Origin: a virus
Length of the DNA: 64,000 nt
Virus record (IMG/VR): IMGVR_UViG_3300045988_129435
Strand: one strand, 5' to 3'
Shown: positions 7,153 through 16,014 of the stretch, piece after piece
Layout: every line of letters starts with the position of its first letter
Position numbering within the stretch: position 1 is the stretch's first letter
Notes under the pieces: generated by a model
Told to the model about the DNA's origin: nothing
What the model saw: only the letters and a program-made list of their open reading frames with translations
The model's database searches: none
Position numbers and translations under genes: made by a program

Positions 7153-8865
7153 TCAAGAGTTCTCCGCATCAAATTCATCATAAGAAAAAGAATATCCCCC
7201 TTCAAAGTATAGGCTCTCACCTTCCAAAAGGCTAACATTCTGTCTAATTAAGTTGTAATAGACCTTATCTTCCTGGAACGCTTTTGCTAGGGTAGATGGG
7301 ACATAAGAAAAATATCCTAACCCTTTCTTGGTTAAAAACATCCTTTGTACAAAATGCCCAACCTTCGCCTCCACTGAATCAAGGGTGTCTCCAATATAGG
7401 AAGAGAAGTCGGATTTAGCGTGCCATACATTTTTCTCACCACAATTATACCTTACATAGTCTCTCGCAAAAGCAATTTGAAGGCCATAGTATAGTTCAAT
7501 TTTCACATCCTCAAGCGCTGTAATGGAATTGCGAACTAAAATATCATCGTTTTCAGCACTAAAAATGTACTGAATCTCCTCTTTAATAATCTCTCTTCCA
7601 CTACCATCCTCCTTGATTGTATTATAACCCTGTATCTTATTGGTTACTGATATGGTTATCAAATGTTTGGTCGCCTTGTAGCCTATGACACCGGAAGCTG
7701 TTGCATTCCCACTTTGGTCCCCATTCCAACCATGACAGCCACCTGTGAAGTGTGATATCGCAGAAGGATTACCACCATCTATATTATAGATGGATGCAAC
7801 ATGATATGGGCTAATGGAGTCAGTATTGGTGCTTCTGCTAATAAGCAACTCTCCATTTTCACTATAAAAAGATATATTCTTTAATTGCCATAGAAGATTT
7901 GGACCAAAAGGTGCAAAGGTAACCTTCATTGTTTTACCATCGTTACACGTCTTACTTACAATAAGAGTATCATCGTTTATTGCAATTGAAGGAAAATCAC
8001 TACTGATGTCGAAAATATCATCCCGAATTTCCGATATCGCTTTGTCGGTATCTATCTCATAGCCATTTACATACACCTTGAGAGCAAGGACAACATCATC
8101 TTGGGGAGAGGGTGAGTATAGCCATAATTTCTTACAAGAAGTGTCAATTTCTACATCGTATTGATTCCCAATCTTTACGGATATTTCCTTACCCTCAATA
8201 ATACCGCTCGAATCATCGGTAGATGTTTGCAATAGCCTTGCTGTTGTGCCAGAGATAGAATTATTAGACGCAAGAAATTTTAGTGTCTTCCCCTTATATC
8301 TTGATACATTAATCTTCTTGTCAAGGGTTGTTCCCCATATTACAGAGTCATCAAATATAGAGACACCAGTGATACTCTCTATCTTCTCATATATATCCGC
8401 ATTGGAATTTTCCAAAGCCTCAAGCCTTTCATCCGTTATGTCTTCGTAGCCATTATAGCGAAGTATAACACTCACTTTATCATCATTTCCCTCAATAGAT
8501 GAGAATAACCAAATAATTTTAATATCATTACCTATCTCAATATCACAAGAATTTCCGATGACAGTTGTAATTGTCCTTCCACTATCAATTCCACTACTGT
8601 CGCCAGTCGTTGATTGATATACATAGATAGATTTTCCCTCTGCGGTATCACTGGAAGTTTTTATCGAAAGGGCCTTACCTTGATAGGATGATACATTAAT
8701 CTTCTTGTCAAGGGTTGTTCCCCAAATAGCCTCCCCATTAAAGATAAATATTCCTGTAATGTCATCTACTTTTGAGGTAAATTCCTCAAAGTTGTTATCT
8801 ATCCCTTGCGCAATGACTCCCCACGACTTTTCGGAGTCTTTTGCTATGTCAAATATCTTTTCCAT
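7153..8865 (-). CDS. Tail fibre / receptor-binding-like protein with an internal tandem domain duplication
   Basis: 570 aa. Two units of about 130 aa share IWGTTLDKKINVS.Y.GK.L. The position is distal in the tail module. Confidence 0.6.
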   Translation of the reverse strand: MEKIFDIAKDSEKSWGVIAQGIDNNFEEFTSKVDDITGIFIFNGEAIWGTTLDKKINVSSYQGKALSIKTSSDTAEGKSIYVYQSTTGDSSGIDSGRTITTVIGNSCDIEIGNDIKIIWLFSSIEGNDDKVSVILRYNGYEDITDERLEALENSNADIYEKIESITGVSIFDDSVIWGTTLDKKINVSRYKGKTLKFLASNNSISGTTARLLQTSTDDSSGIIEGKEISVKIGNQYDVEIDTSCKKLWLYSPSPQDDVVLALKVYVNGYEIDTDKAISEIRDDIFDISSDFPSIAINDDTLIVSKTCNDGKTMKVTFAPFGPNLLWQLKNISFYSENGELLISRSTNTDSISPYHVASIYNIDGGNPSAISHFTGGCHGWNGDQSGNATASGVIGYKATKHLITISVTNKIQGYNTIKEDGSGREIIKEEIQYIFSAENDDILVRNSITALEDVKIELYYGLQIAFARDYVRYNCGEKNVWHAKSDFSSYIGDTLDSVEAKVGHFVQRMFLTKKGLGYFSYVPSTLAKAFQEDKVYYNLIRQNVSLLEGESLYFEGGYSFSYDEFDAENS

Positions 8866-8866
8866 A

Positions 8867-11014
8867 TTATTCGTTTTTAATTAATGTTTCATTTGAAATT
8901 AAAGTATCGTTACCTAACATTGTCAAGTAGCTGGAGATAACTATGCTGATCTTCTGAGGAGATTTGGTGACCTTTCCGGTTATCTCGTAGGTTCCATTGT
9001 CTCCAGAGATGGATATGTCGCTGATGGCGTTAGATGATACGCCGACCAGCTTATCAGAAGCATTTGACAAGGTTATAGTGATAGTTACCGTGCTGCCTTC
9101 GGTTACATACACTCCCGGATTAACTGAGTAGGAGATTGAAGAGTAAGGGATGTTACTCTTTACAATCGGTCTAAACTCGATCATATCTGGATATAGCGTT
9201 CCTGCCTTATACTTTCTCAGTTGACGTTCCAACAGGAACTCGGAGAGGCTGTAGGGGAAGAGCATGAGAGACCAAAGAGCGAGTTTGGAGAATCTGCTAT
9301 CGCCATCTCTAATTGTTCCCAGCCACATAGAATCACTGTCAATGCCTGCACCTGCTTGGATGGGATTACCATTATAACTATATTTAGTTTGATAAGTAAA
9401 TGATTCTTCGTTCAACTTATCGTTACTCATCAACGAGTTAATTGTGCCAAAAGAAAAGGTGCTAGAGCGAGAAGGATTTCGATTAAGCGTCTGCTCTAAA
9501 ATAAAAGCACCGTTATTACCAACTTTAGATTTAGAAACAATAGAGCCAGTTTCAGTACTTGTTACAGAATCACCATACAACCATTTCCTTTTAGCCACTA
9601 CCGTATAGTCCTTCAAAACAGGGAGACCGGTTACCTTGCCGAAGTCGTTGATTCCGTCTAGGCTGAGAGCGTGTTCGATGGTGGGGAGGACTTCGATAGT
9701 AATATCCAAATCTATATTTTCTGGGTTAACTTTAAATCCTATCCAAACATTAGATAAAATTTCTGCTGGGACAAATATAGTGCTCTTAGGACAAACATAT
9801 TCTCCATCTTCAGTGATTCTAATCGAGGTAATATCACTAACATTATCTTCCGAAACATAATTATAAACAACATTTTGACCTTCTTTAAGTCCGGTTACTT
9901 TGAGTTTAAAAGTAGGAATAGAAACTTCATTAACTGTTCCGTCTTTATAAACATAAGTAAACAATAAGGCTAAATTATCATTTGCTTTTGTGAGGTGGAT
10001 AGAATTTCCAGTAAGCTCAAATATAAAATCAGTATTATTACTACTAGCCATTTTATCCCAAGTTTTATTAGCACCAAACACAACCGGATAGCTATTGATA
10101 CCACTCTCCCCTTCCCAACCGATATTGTTTAACTGGATGTTGTGACCTCCTACAAAGTCGATCAACTGATCGTTAAACTCTGCATGGTTCTCGTTGGTGA
10201 TACCCTGCTTCTTGATGTTGTAGTACAACTGAGGCTTGATGATCTGTCCCGAACGGTCAAGGTTATAGTAGGCGATGATCTGATTGATTTCGTCAGTGGT
10301 CAGAACTTTATTAGCGATGAATCCTCCTGCGTAGGCAATTTTAACACATTTTCGAGGAACATTATTTGTATCAAGATATCCGATAACTGAAAAATAATCA
10401 GCAACTCCAGCAGCTGTAGGATAGCTAGCAGTGAAATCATTCTTATCTCCTAAAATATCATTGACAACCGTAACATTTCCTATCTCGTTAATACTTGGGG
10501 ACGTATATCCACAAATATAATATTTGCCATTAAGGCCATTCCTTTCGAACATATTATTCCGGATAAACCTTTTGCCCAATACATTGACATGATCAGAGCC
10601 TATATCGGAAATATAGTTAATTATGCTAATGACAGTACATTCCTTGCTATCTCCTATCATTTCGTCAACGGTCTTTTCGCTGACGATCATGTCGTCTACT
10701 CCGTCTGTACATAGCCAGCCTTCGAAGTCGGTTCCCGGTAATCCATACCCACTGCCCTCCGTAAATCCGAAGTTCAGCAGGCGCATGTCATTCCCGTTTG
10801 GTGTCAAGTCCTTCAAAACAGCCCGGTCAGGGTCGTCGTTTGTCTTGCCCCAGGTGGATATAGCCATCTTGACGTGGCTGAGTAGTTCGGGGTCGATGTA
10901 GGGACGACCGGAGCCCGAAGAAGCTACCGGAACTCCCAAGCGTATCGCATTCATGCGAATAGGATCAAGCCCTATCGCATCAAGCTTAATTGGATTTAAT
11001 CCTATTGCGTTCAT
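8867..11014 (-). CDS. Tail fibre / host-specificity protein
   Basis: 715 aa within the fibre cluster. The N-terminus carries 10-aa tandem repeats AIGLNPIKLD / AIGLDPIRMN / AIRLG. Confidence 0.55.
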   Translation of the reverse strand: MNAIGLNPIKLDAIGLDPIRMNAIRLGVPVASSGSGRPYIDPELLSHVKMAISTWGKTNDDPDRAVLKDLTPNGNDMRLLNFGFTEGSGYGLPGTDFEGWLCTDGVDDMIVSEKTVDEMIGDSKECTVISIINYISDIGSDHVNVLGKRFIRNNMFERNGLNGKYYICGYTSPSINEIGNVTVVNDILGDKNDFTASYPTAAGVADYFSVIGYLDTNNVPRKCVKIAYAGGFIANKVLTTDEINQIIAYYNLDRSGQIIKPQLYYNIKKQGITNENHAEFNDQLIDFVGGHNIQLNNIGWEGESGINSYPVVFGANKTWDKMASSNNTDFIFELTGNSIHLTKANDNLALLFTYVYKDGTVNEVSIPTFKLKVTGLKEGQNVVYNYVSEDNVSDITSIRITEDGEYVCPKSTIFVPAEILSNVWIGFKVNPENIDLDITIEVLPTIEHALSLDGINDFGKVTGLPVLKDYTVVAKRKWLYGDSVTSTETGSIVSKSKVGNNGAFILEQTLNRNPSRSSTFSFGTINSLMSNDKLNEESFTYQTKYSYNGNPIQAGAGIDSDSMWLGTIRDGDSRFSKLALWSLMLFPYSLSEFLLERQLRKYKAGTLYPDMIEFRPIVKSNIPYSSISYSVNPGVYVTEGSTVTITITLSNASDKLVGVSSNAISDISISGDNGTYEITGKVTKSPQKISIVISSYLTMLGNDTLISNETLIKNE

Positions 11015-11295
11015 TACTCTTCTGATTCAAAAATAGAAGCCTTTACCGGTTCCGTTTCACATTCGATTTTAAGATACTGTCCGGGGATACAACCGACAAC
11101 CGGACAAGCAAACACTTTTGTATAGCCTCTACTCGGCAGTGGAGAGTAATTCTGCCCGTCATAGCTTATATACACCCAAAGTTTACCGCCTTTTTCAAAT
11201 GTAATCTGCAATCCTACTTCCGCAGAATTTACCTGAACGGCATCGCTTACATAATTCTTCGCACCCTTCGTAAAGGTTATAGCTGTTTCTTTCAT
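11014..11295 (-). CDS. Hypothetical protein
   Basis: 93-aa ORF whose stop overlaps the start of 8867-11014. Confidence 0.5.
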   Translation of the reverse strand: MKETAITFTKGAKNYVSDAVQVNSAEVGLQITFEKGGKLWVYISYDGQNYSPLPSRGYTKVFACPVVGCIPGQYLKIECETEPVKASIFESEE

Positions 11296-11306
11296 GATTA
11301 TTCCTC

Positions 11307-11813
11307 CTATTTTTTTGCTGTTATCACTGTATTTCGTAAAAAATTCGGATACTCTGCCCGCACATCAAAACAAGGACACGCCTTGATAAATTCTGCCGGT
11401 TCCACCTCACCCGATCCATCCAGATCAGGTGAAGCATCCCGATGACCGAGCAGCTCGATGATATCATACTCTTTACAGAGCTTCGCTATCAATTCGCGCA
11501 ATGCTGTTTTTTGCTCGACAGTACGAGTATCGGCCGGTCTTCCACTCGCGTCCAGACCACCGATGTAGCAGATACCGATACTGTGTTTATTATAACTAAT
11601 ACCGGAAAAACCTTTTGTGTTACAATGCGCTCCGTCAATGGATAATGACCGGCCGTTTTCTACGGTACCATCTAAATCAATTACAAAGTTATAGCCAATT
11701 TGATTAAAGCCACGCGCCCGGTGCATCCGGTCAATATCCTTAGCTCGCAAGTCTTGCCCGGCAAGTGTTGCCGAGCAGTGAATGATGATTGAGTCTATAT
11801 CTTCTCTTTTCAT
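11307..11813 (-). CDS. N-acetylmuramoyl-L-alanine amidase (Amidase_2/PGRP type) endolysin
   Basis: Motifs IIIHCSAT, GYNFVIDLDGT, HSIGICYIGG and GHRD...KACPCF. Confidence 0.88.
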   Translation of the reverse strand: MKREDIDSIIIHCSATLAGQDLRAKDIDRMHRARGFNQIGYNFVIDLDGTVENGRSLSIDGAHCNTKGFSGISYNKHSIGICYIGGLDASGRPADTRTVEQKTALRELIAKLCKEYDIIELLGHRDASPDLDGSGEVEPAEFIKACPCFDVRAEYPNFLRNTVITAKK

Positions 11814-11825
11814 ATACTTTTCCTC

Positions 11826-12095
11826 CTATAAAATTAATGTTAATACTCCCAACGCCAAACCTCCGCAATCACAGATAATATCCTTGATGGAAAACTCGCT
11901 TTTCTTACAATACTTGTCGTATATTTCCTTCAGAATAAAGATCGCAACGGTTATAGCGACCGCTAACCATAGCGGAATATATTTTGATAGCCACATAACC
12001 AAATTCTGGCATACTATAATGTGGGCTATGCCGTCTATGCCTATCATGGATAGAAGCTTGCCGGCTAATGCGCTGATTTTATTTATCATATTCAT
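11826..12095 (-). CDS. Small membrane protein, holin-like
   Basis: 89 aa with 2-3 hydrophobic segments, directly upstream of the amidase. Confidence 0.5.
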   Translation of the reverse strand: MNMINKISALAGKLLSMIGIDGIAHIIVCQNLVMWLSKYIPLWLAVAITVAIFILKEIYDKYCKKSEFSIKDIICDCGGLALGVLTLIL

Positions 12096-12114
12096 TTTCT
12101 ATTTTATAATTTAT

Positions 12115-12122
12115 TACTTTTG
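12115..12122 (+). promoter_or_regulatory. -7 box TActTTTG for the plus-strand moron
   Basis: Lies 18 nt upstream of the ATG at 12140. Confidence 0.45.
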
Positions 12123-12139
12123 CAAAAAATGATACACCT

Positions 12140-12592
12140 ATGGATATTTCAGAATTAATAAAAAGCTATAACGCTGAACAAAAGAATGTATTTACAGGAT
12201 TTTGCATACAACTGCCACTATGCTTTTCTATTTTGTATTTATATATACCAGAGTTTAAATCTCTCGATGTATATTTGCAAATCATATTTACGGCAACTTC
12301 TTCTATATTATCCATTTACTTTTCTTTTATATGGTTATGTCTATGTTCTTCTATATCAAAAAGAAGATACAAACTAGAAGCCTTTATACTAATTCTTCCC
12401 ATATTAGTGACATCGTCTAAATTACTTATATCTCCTTCAGATTACATCCTAGGATATGAACATGCTTTAACTACGTTTCTTCAAGCTTCTGCGATTCTTT
12501 ACACTCCTTTTGCCATTTTTGGGCTTATTCTCCGCAAATGCATAGAGTATGATAAAAAGCAAAAAGGGAAGAACATAAATAATAGTGTATAA
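12140..12592 (+). CDS. Multi-pass membrane protein on the opposite strand inside the lysis cassette (moron)
   Basis: 150 aa with about 4 hydrophobic segments. The coding sequence is very AT-rich and it has its own -7 box. Confidence 0.55.
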   Translation: MDISELIKSYNAEQKNVFTGFCIQLPLCFSILYLYIPEFKSLDVYLQIIFTATSSILSIYFSFIWLCLCSSISKRRYKLEAFILILPILVTSSKLLISPSDYILGYEHALTTFLQASAILYTPFAIFGLILRKCIEYDKKQKGKNINNSV

Positions 12593-12600
12593 ATTCATAC

Positions 12601-13062
12601 TTACTTCTCCTTTTCTATAATCTCCTTCACATCTTCTTTATCAACCTTGAACACCTTCTTTCCAAAGACTCCCAAAGCTCCAATTACATTTATATTGATC
12701 CCCTTTGGTTTCAATATATTGCCGACAATCGAACACCCTTCAATAAAGCATACCAATAAGCAGGAATATACATCGATAGGATATTCGCTATGACTTGCCA
12801 CAGTGATCATGCAGACCATGCAGACAAAAGCAAAATAAGTAACCATCTTTCCCATAGTAGCGCGAATTGCACGAGAGAATCTGACTTTTTCACCCATTAG
12901 CATACTTTTTCTGACACCGAAGAGAAGATCACAAAGGATTACCGCGCATGATACAATCAGCCACGGAATCATATTCTGCAATGACTCGGAAACAAATGCG
13001 GTAGCGATTGCCGCAAATCCGCCTGTAGTTGTATGTACTATAGCTTCCTTCATAGCAAACAA
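12601..13062 (-). CDS. Holin-family membrane protein
   Basis: 153 aa, multi-TM, resembling the phage holin family 4 pattern (LFGVRKS...). It sits in the lysis cassette. Confidence 0.55.
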   Translation of the reverse strand: MFAMKEAIVHTTTGGFAAIATAFVSESLQNMIPWLIVSCAVILCDLLFGVRKSMLMGEKVRFSRAIRATMGKMVTYFAFVCMVCMITVASHSEYPIDVYSCLLVCFIEGCSIVGNILKPKGININVIGALGVFGKKVFKVDKEDVKEIIEKEK

Positions 13063-13547
13063 GTCAAGTAAACGGTTAGCAATGAAATTAACTCAATCCA
13101 GAACATCGATTTGCATGCCGTCAGGTCCCATATAAGGTTTCCGGACCAATTCTTGACTACAAACGTTATCGCGTAGATCAGAAATGCAGCCCATAGCAGC
13201 AGCCAATACCACGAATTGCATCCTACCCATATTTGGGAGAATACAAGCGACATCACCGCGCCGGCTATATGAGCTTTCTTGTGTGCTCCTTTAAAATTCG
13301 GGGATACTCCCAATACAATCATTCCGACTACAGAAAGAAAGATCAGGAACTGACTGTTTTCTGTACTTGCATCCAATGCGGCCGGAAGCAACAACAAAGA
13401 CGGGAGAATCATGCATATACCGAACCAATACCTGTTACTCAGAATGTAATAGGTATCGGAAATAGAATAAGGGATACCCTTTGTCTTGTAAATCATCACA
13501 CCAACATAAGATGCGAAAACCAATAATGATAGTATTGCCAAAATCAT
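13050..13547 (-). CDS. Multi-pass membrane protein
   Basis: 165 aa with 5 or more hydrophobic segments. It overlaps the holin-like gene. Confidence 0.55.
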   Translation of the reverse strand: MILAILSLLVFASYVGVMIYKTKGIPYSISDTYYILSNRYWFGICMILPSLLLLPAALDASTENSQFLIFLSVVGMIVLGVSPNFKGAHKKAHIAGAVMSLVFSQIWVGCNSWYWLLLWAAFLIYAITFVVKNWSGNLIWDLTACKSMFWIELISLLTVYLTCLL

Positions 13548-13559
13548 AGTTTTATCTGT

Positions 13560-14129
13560 TTATAATGAAAACTCTAGTTTATTCGGATAACCGGTCTTGT
13601 AGTTGTAAGACTCGACTTCCTCTCCCGTCTGCAATCCCCGAACGAAAGCAATATGCTGCTGCGTCACATTATAGCAATCAAGAGCATATAACTCTAATGA
13701 GTTCAGCATAAGGAGAGCACTTGAAACAGGTATCGTATACTTTACCGCATCAAACCATAAAACGGTATCCAGTCTTCCGGCCTGCTTCTCAATATTGATT
13801 GAGTTAACAAGACCTACGCGGTCCTCTTTGGTAAGCCACATTCTCTTTCCGGAGAGAGTGAATGAATTCACAGCGTCTGACTTGTCATAAGCATTAATAT
13901 CCGCTATCTTCATCTCTTTTAGTTCATCAAGGGTATACTCATGATCAACCAATACGGGATAGCCGCTTTCGTTCTCCCTTATTTCCTTTCCGGATGACTG
14001 ACCGTCCAGCAACTCCTGCCAGTATTCTTCCGTTATCTCTACTGAACCTTCTTGTGGCTCATCGTAGAATCCTTGTTTCCAATATTTTGCCATAATATTA
14101 TTTATTTCCAACGCCCAACGGCTATCCAA
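13560..14129 (-). CDS. Tail-fibre-associated hypothetical protein
   Basis: 189-aa ORF in the fibre cluster. Confidence 0.45.
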   Translation of the reverse strand: MDSRWALEINNIMAKYWKQGFYDEPQEGSVEITEEYWQELLDGQSSGKEIRENESGYPVLVDHEYTLDELKEMKIADINAYDKSDAVNSFTLSGKRMWLTKEDRVGLVNSINIEKQAGRLDTVLWFDAVKYTIPVSSALLMLNSLELYALDCYNVTQQHIAFVRGLQTGEEVESYNYKTGYPNKLEFSL

Positions 14130-14503
14130 TAAAAAGGATTAGTTCCCGCGCCAGTACCATTACTATCCCCAACGGTATATCTACTACGTATTCTAAAAAG
14201 GTTTGTACCTACCGATATTATAAAACCAGAAACAACATTCATACCGCTGCCCGGTTCGTAGTAGGTAATCACAGGAACATAACTGGTATTATAAAATGAT
14301 AGTGGTAAATACACATAGGTGTCGTTGCTTGAGCTTGACTTGTATCCCCACTGAATCAATAAACCATTATTAAACTTAGCATATCCGTTCATGCCCAAGG
14401 ATACAGTCATAGCGTTAGACAAGTCTGCCTTTGCCAAGTCGGGAATCATGTTCAGCAATTCTACAACTCTATCCCCTGTAAATCCGCTATTATAATCACT
14501 CAT
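14102..14503 (-). CDS. Tail-fibre C-terminal-domain-like protein
   Basis: 133 aa. NGYAKFNNGLLIQWGY...VYLPLSF resembles gp53-like fibre tip domains. Confidence 0.45.
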   Translation of the reverse strand: MSDYNSGFTGDRVVELLNMIPDLAKADLSNAMTVSLGMNGYAKFNNGLLIQWGYKSSSSNDTYVYLPLSFYNTSYVPVITYYEPGSGMNVVSGFIISVGTNLFRIRSRYTVGDSNGTGAGTNPFYWIAVGRWK

Positions 14504-14787
14504 GCAAACTCTTTTTTAATCACATTAAACGTACTTCCATCTGACAACAAGAAACGTCCTTCAGCAACAGCAAATGCCTGTCTCTTGCCTATTTGGGAGA
14601 TGGTAGTGGAGACAGATGCCTGTACTCCACTATTAGTTGTCCTAAACACAACAGTCTGCTCCCTGTCGAGTCCTTCGTTGGCAACATCGCTTGACACGCT
14701 TGCGGTTCCATTTGAACCGGGAGTGATAACGATGTTGCCTTTTCCTTCTTTCCAAGGAATCTGCATGCTCATTATGCGGCAGTCCAA
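14500..14787 (-). CDS. Hypothetical tail protein
   Basis: 95-aa ORF overlapping both neighbours by a few nt. Confidence 0.45.
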   Translation of the reverse strand: MDCRIMSMQIPWKEGKGNIVITPGSNGTASVSSDVANEGLDREQTVVFRTTNSGVQASVSTTISQIGKRQAFAVAEGRFLLSDGSTFNVIKKEFA

Positions 14788-15380
14788 GAAGTGTTAGACG
14801 TAACATTGACGGATACAGCAAATCCACTCTGAGGAATAATAATTTCCGTCGGAGAAACAGACAATGTAGCATCACCGGCAGCCTGTTTGATAGCAATCTG
14901 AGCAGCCTGTCCTCCATTCGCTGTTACCTTTAAGGTTCTAACGACCTCTTCGATAGTATCGTTTTTAGGAAATTCCAACTCGATAGAGAAAGGAAATTCC
15001 GCAGTAGCCCCCGGGTCACCGGTAATAGTAGCCGCATTGTTAGTCTGAGTTCCATTCGCGCTATACTTTGTAGGCAACGTTACATCTGTTACGCTTCCCG
15101 CCCACGCAAACGTCAATTTCGAAGAGTTTGTTTTACCCTCGACGGTCACTGTTCCTGCTGTTTTAGGAGCAGACATCTCAGAACCATTATCAAAGGAAGC
15201 AAACTCAGACTTCGGTGACTGAGTTACCTTATAGGTCGAAGGAGTGGATACACCGACACCGGTCACCGTTACTGTTCCTGTACGGGCAGTACGCCCTGTG
15301 TGAGCGTCTGCGCTATTTGCAATTGTCCCGTTACCTGATCCGGTAGACGGATTTAACTTTAACCAACTAGGTTTTGCCAT
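14772..15380 (-). CDS. Ig-like/BACON-like domain protein
   Basis: 202 aa, T/S/G-rich. It ends LSVSPTEIIIPQSGFAVSVNVTSNTSWTAA, which is BACON-like. Confidence 0.45.
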   Translation of the reverse strand: MAKPSWLKLNPSTGSGNGTIANSADAHTGRTARTGTVTVTGVGVSTPSTYKVTQSPKSEFASFDNGSEMSAPKTAGTVTVEGKTNSSKLTFAWAGSVTDVTLPTKYSANGTQTNNAATITGDPGATAEFPFSIELEFPKNDTIEEVVRTLKVTANGGQAAQIAIKQAAGDATLSVSPTEIIIPQSGFAVSVNVTSNTSWTAA

Positions 15381-15417
15381 AATACAAAATTTAAATAAAA
15401 CAATTCAATTAACTATA

Positions 15418-15666
15418 TCATTCTTCCTGCACAGCATGCCATACCACATTGGACAACACATCGACATTATCCTCAAAGTTGTTCGAAGGCATCAGCCATA
15501 TGTAATCAGGGTCAACTTTTAAATAAGCCTGTTTACCAACATCACAGACAACCCCTATCGACACCTTCATGCCCGTTGCCGAAGCGGAAACCTTCATCTC
15601 ATCCGCTTTGGCCGAGACATTTCCAATGCCCTTGACAGCCTCGATATGTACAGATATGCATCCCAT
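15418..15666 (-). CDS. Small Ig-like/BACON-like domain protein
   Basis: 82 aa ending NVDVLSNVVWHAV. Confidence 0.4.
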   Translation of the reverse strand: MGCISVHIEAVKGIGNVSAKADEMKVSASATGMKVSIGVVCDVGKQAYLKVDPDYIWLMPSNNFEDNVDVLSNVVWHAVQEE

Positions 15667-15667
15667 T

Positions 15668-16003
15668 TTACACTGTCTTTATACCGGTATTCATCTTATC
15701 TACCTCTACTCTTGTTCCGCCTTCATAGTCGGAGTCAGGAAGGTAAGCCGTAGTCTCCAGCCAGATTTCCCCCGATCCGATTATCTTTGTGTCTATGTAG
15801 CAGGTGTAGCTATTCTCATTGACGCGGATCATCTCAGACTTCTTTATTATCTGTGACGCATTCGAACAGTAATAGACAAAGAAGCGGCATGAGAAGTCTA
15901 TATCGTCCATCGTCAATCCAGAAGGAAGGTCGATGGAGATGACTGTTTTAATTATCGTTCCTTTTACTCGCATATATGTTATTTTTTTTAAGTCTATTTT
16001 CAT
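15668..16003 (-). CDS. Hypothetical tail protein
   Basis: 111-aa ORF. Confidence 0.45.
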   Translation of the reverse strand: MKIDLKKITYMRVKGTIIKTVISIDLPSGLTMDDIDFSCRFFVYYCSNASQIIKKSEMIRVNENSYTCYIDTKIIGSGEIWLETTAYLPDSDYEGGTRVEVDKMNTGIKTV

Positions 16004-16014
16004 AAGTTATTATA

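Noticed and set aside
6996-7238. 80-aa minus-strand ORF overlapping the 3' end of the fibre gene
   Set aside because: It overlaps 7153-8865 out of frame and has a low-complexity sequence. The intergenic remainder is too short for a convincing gene.
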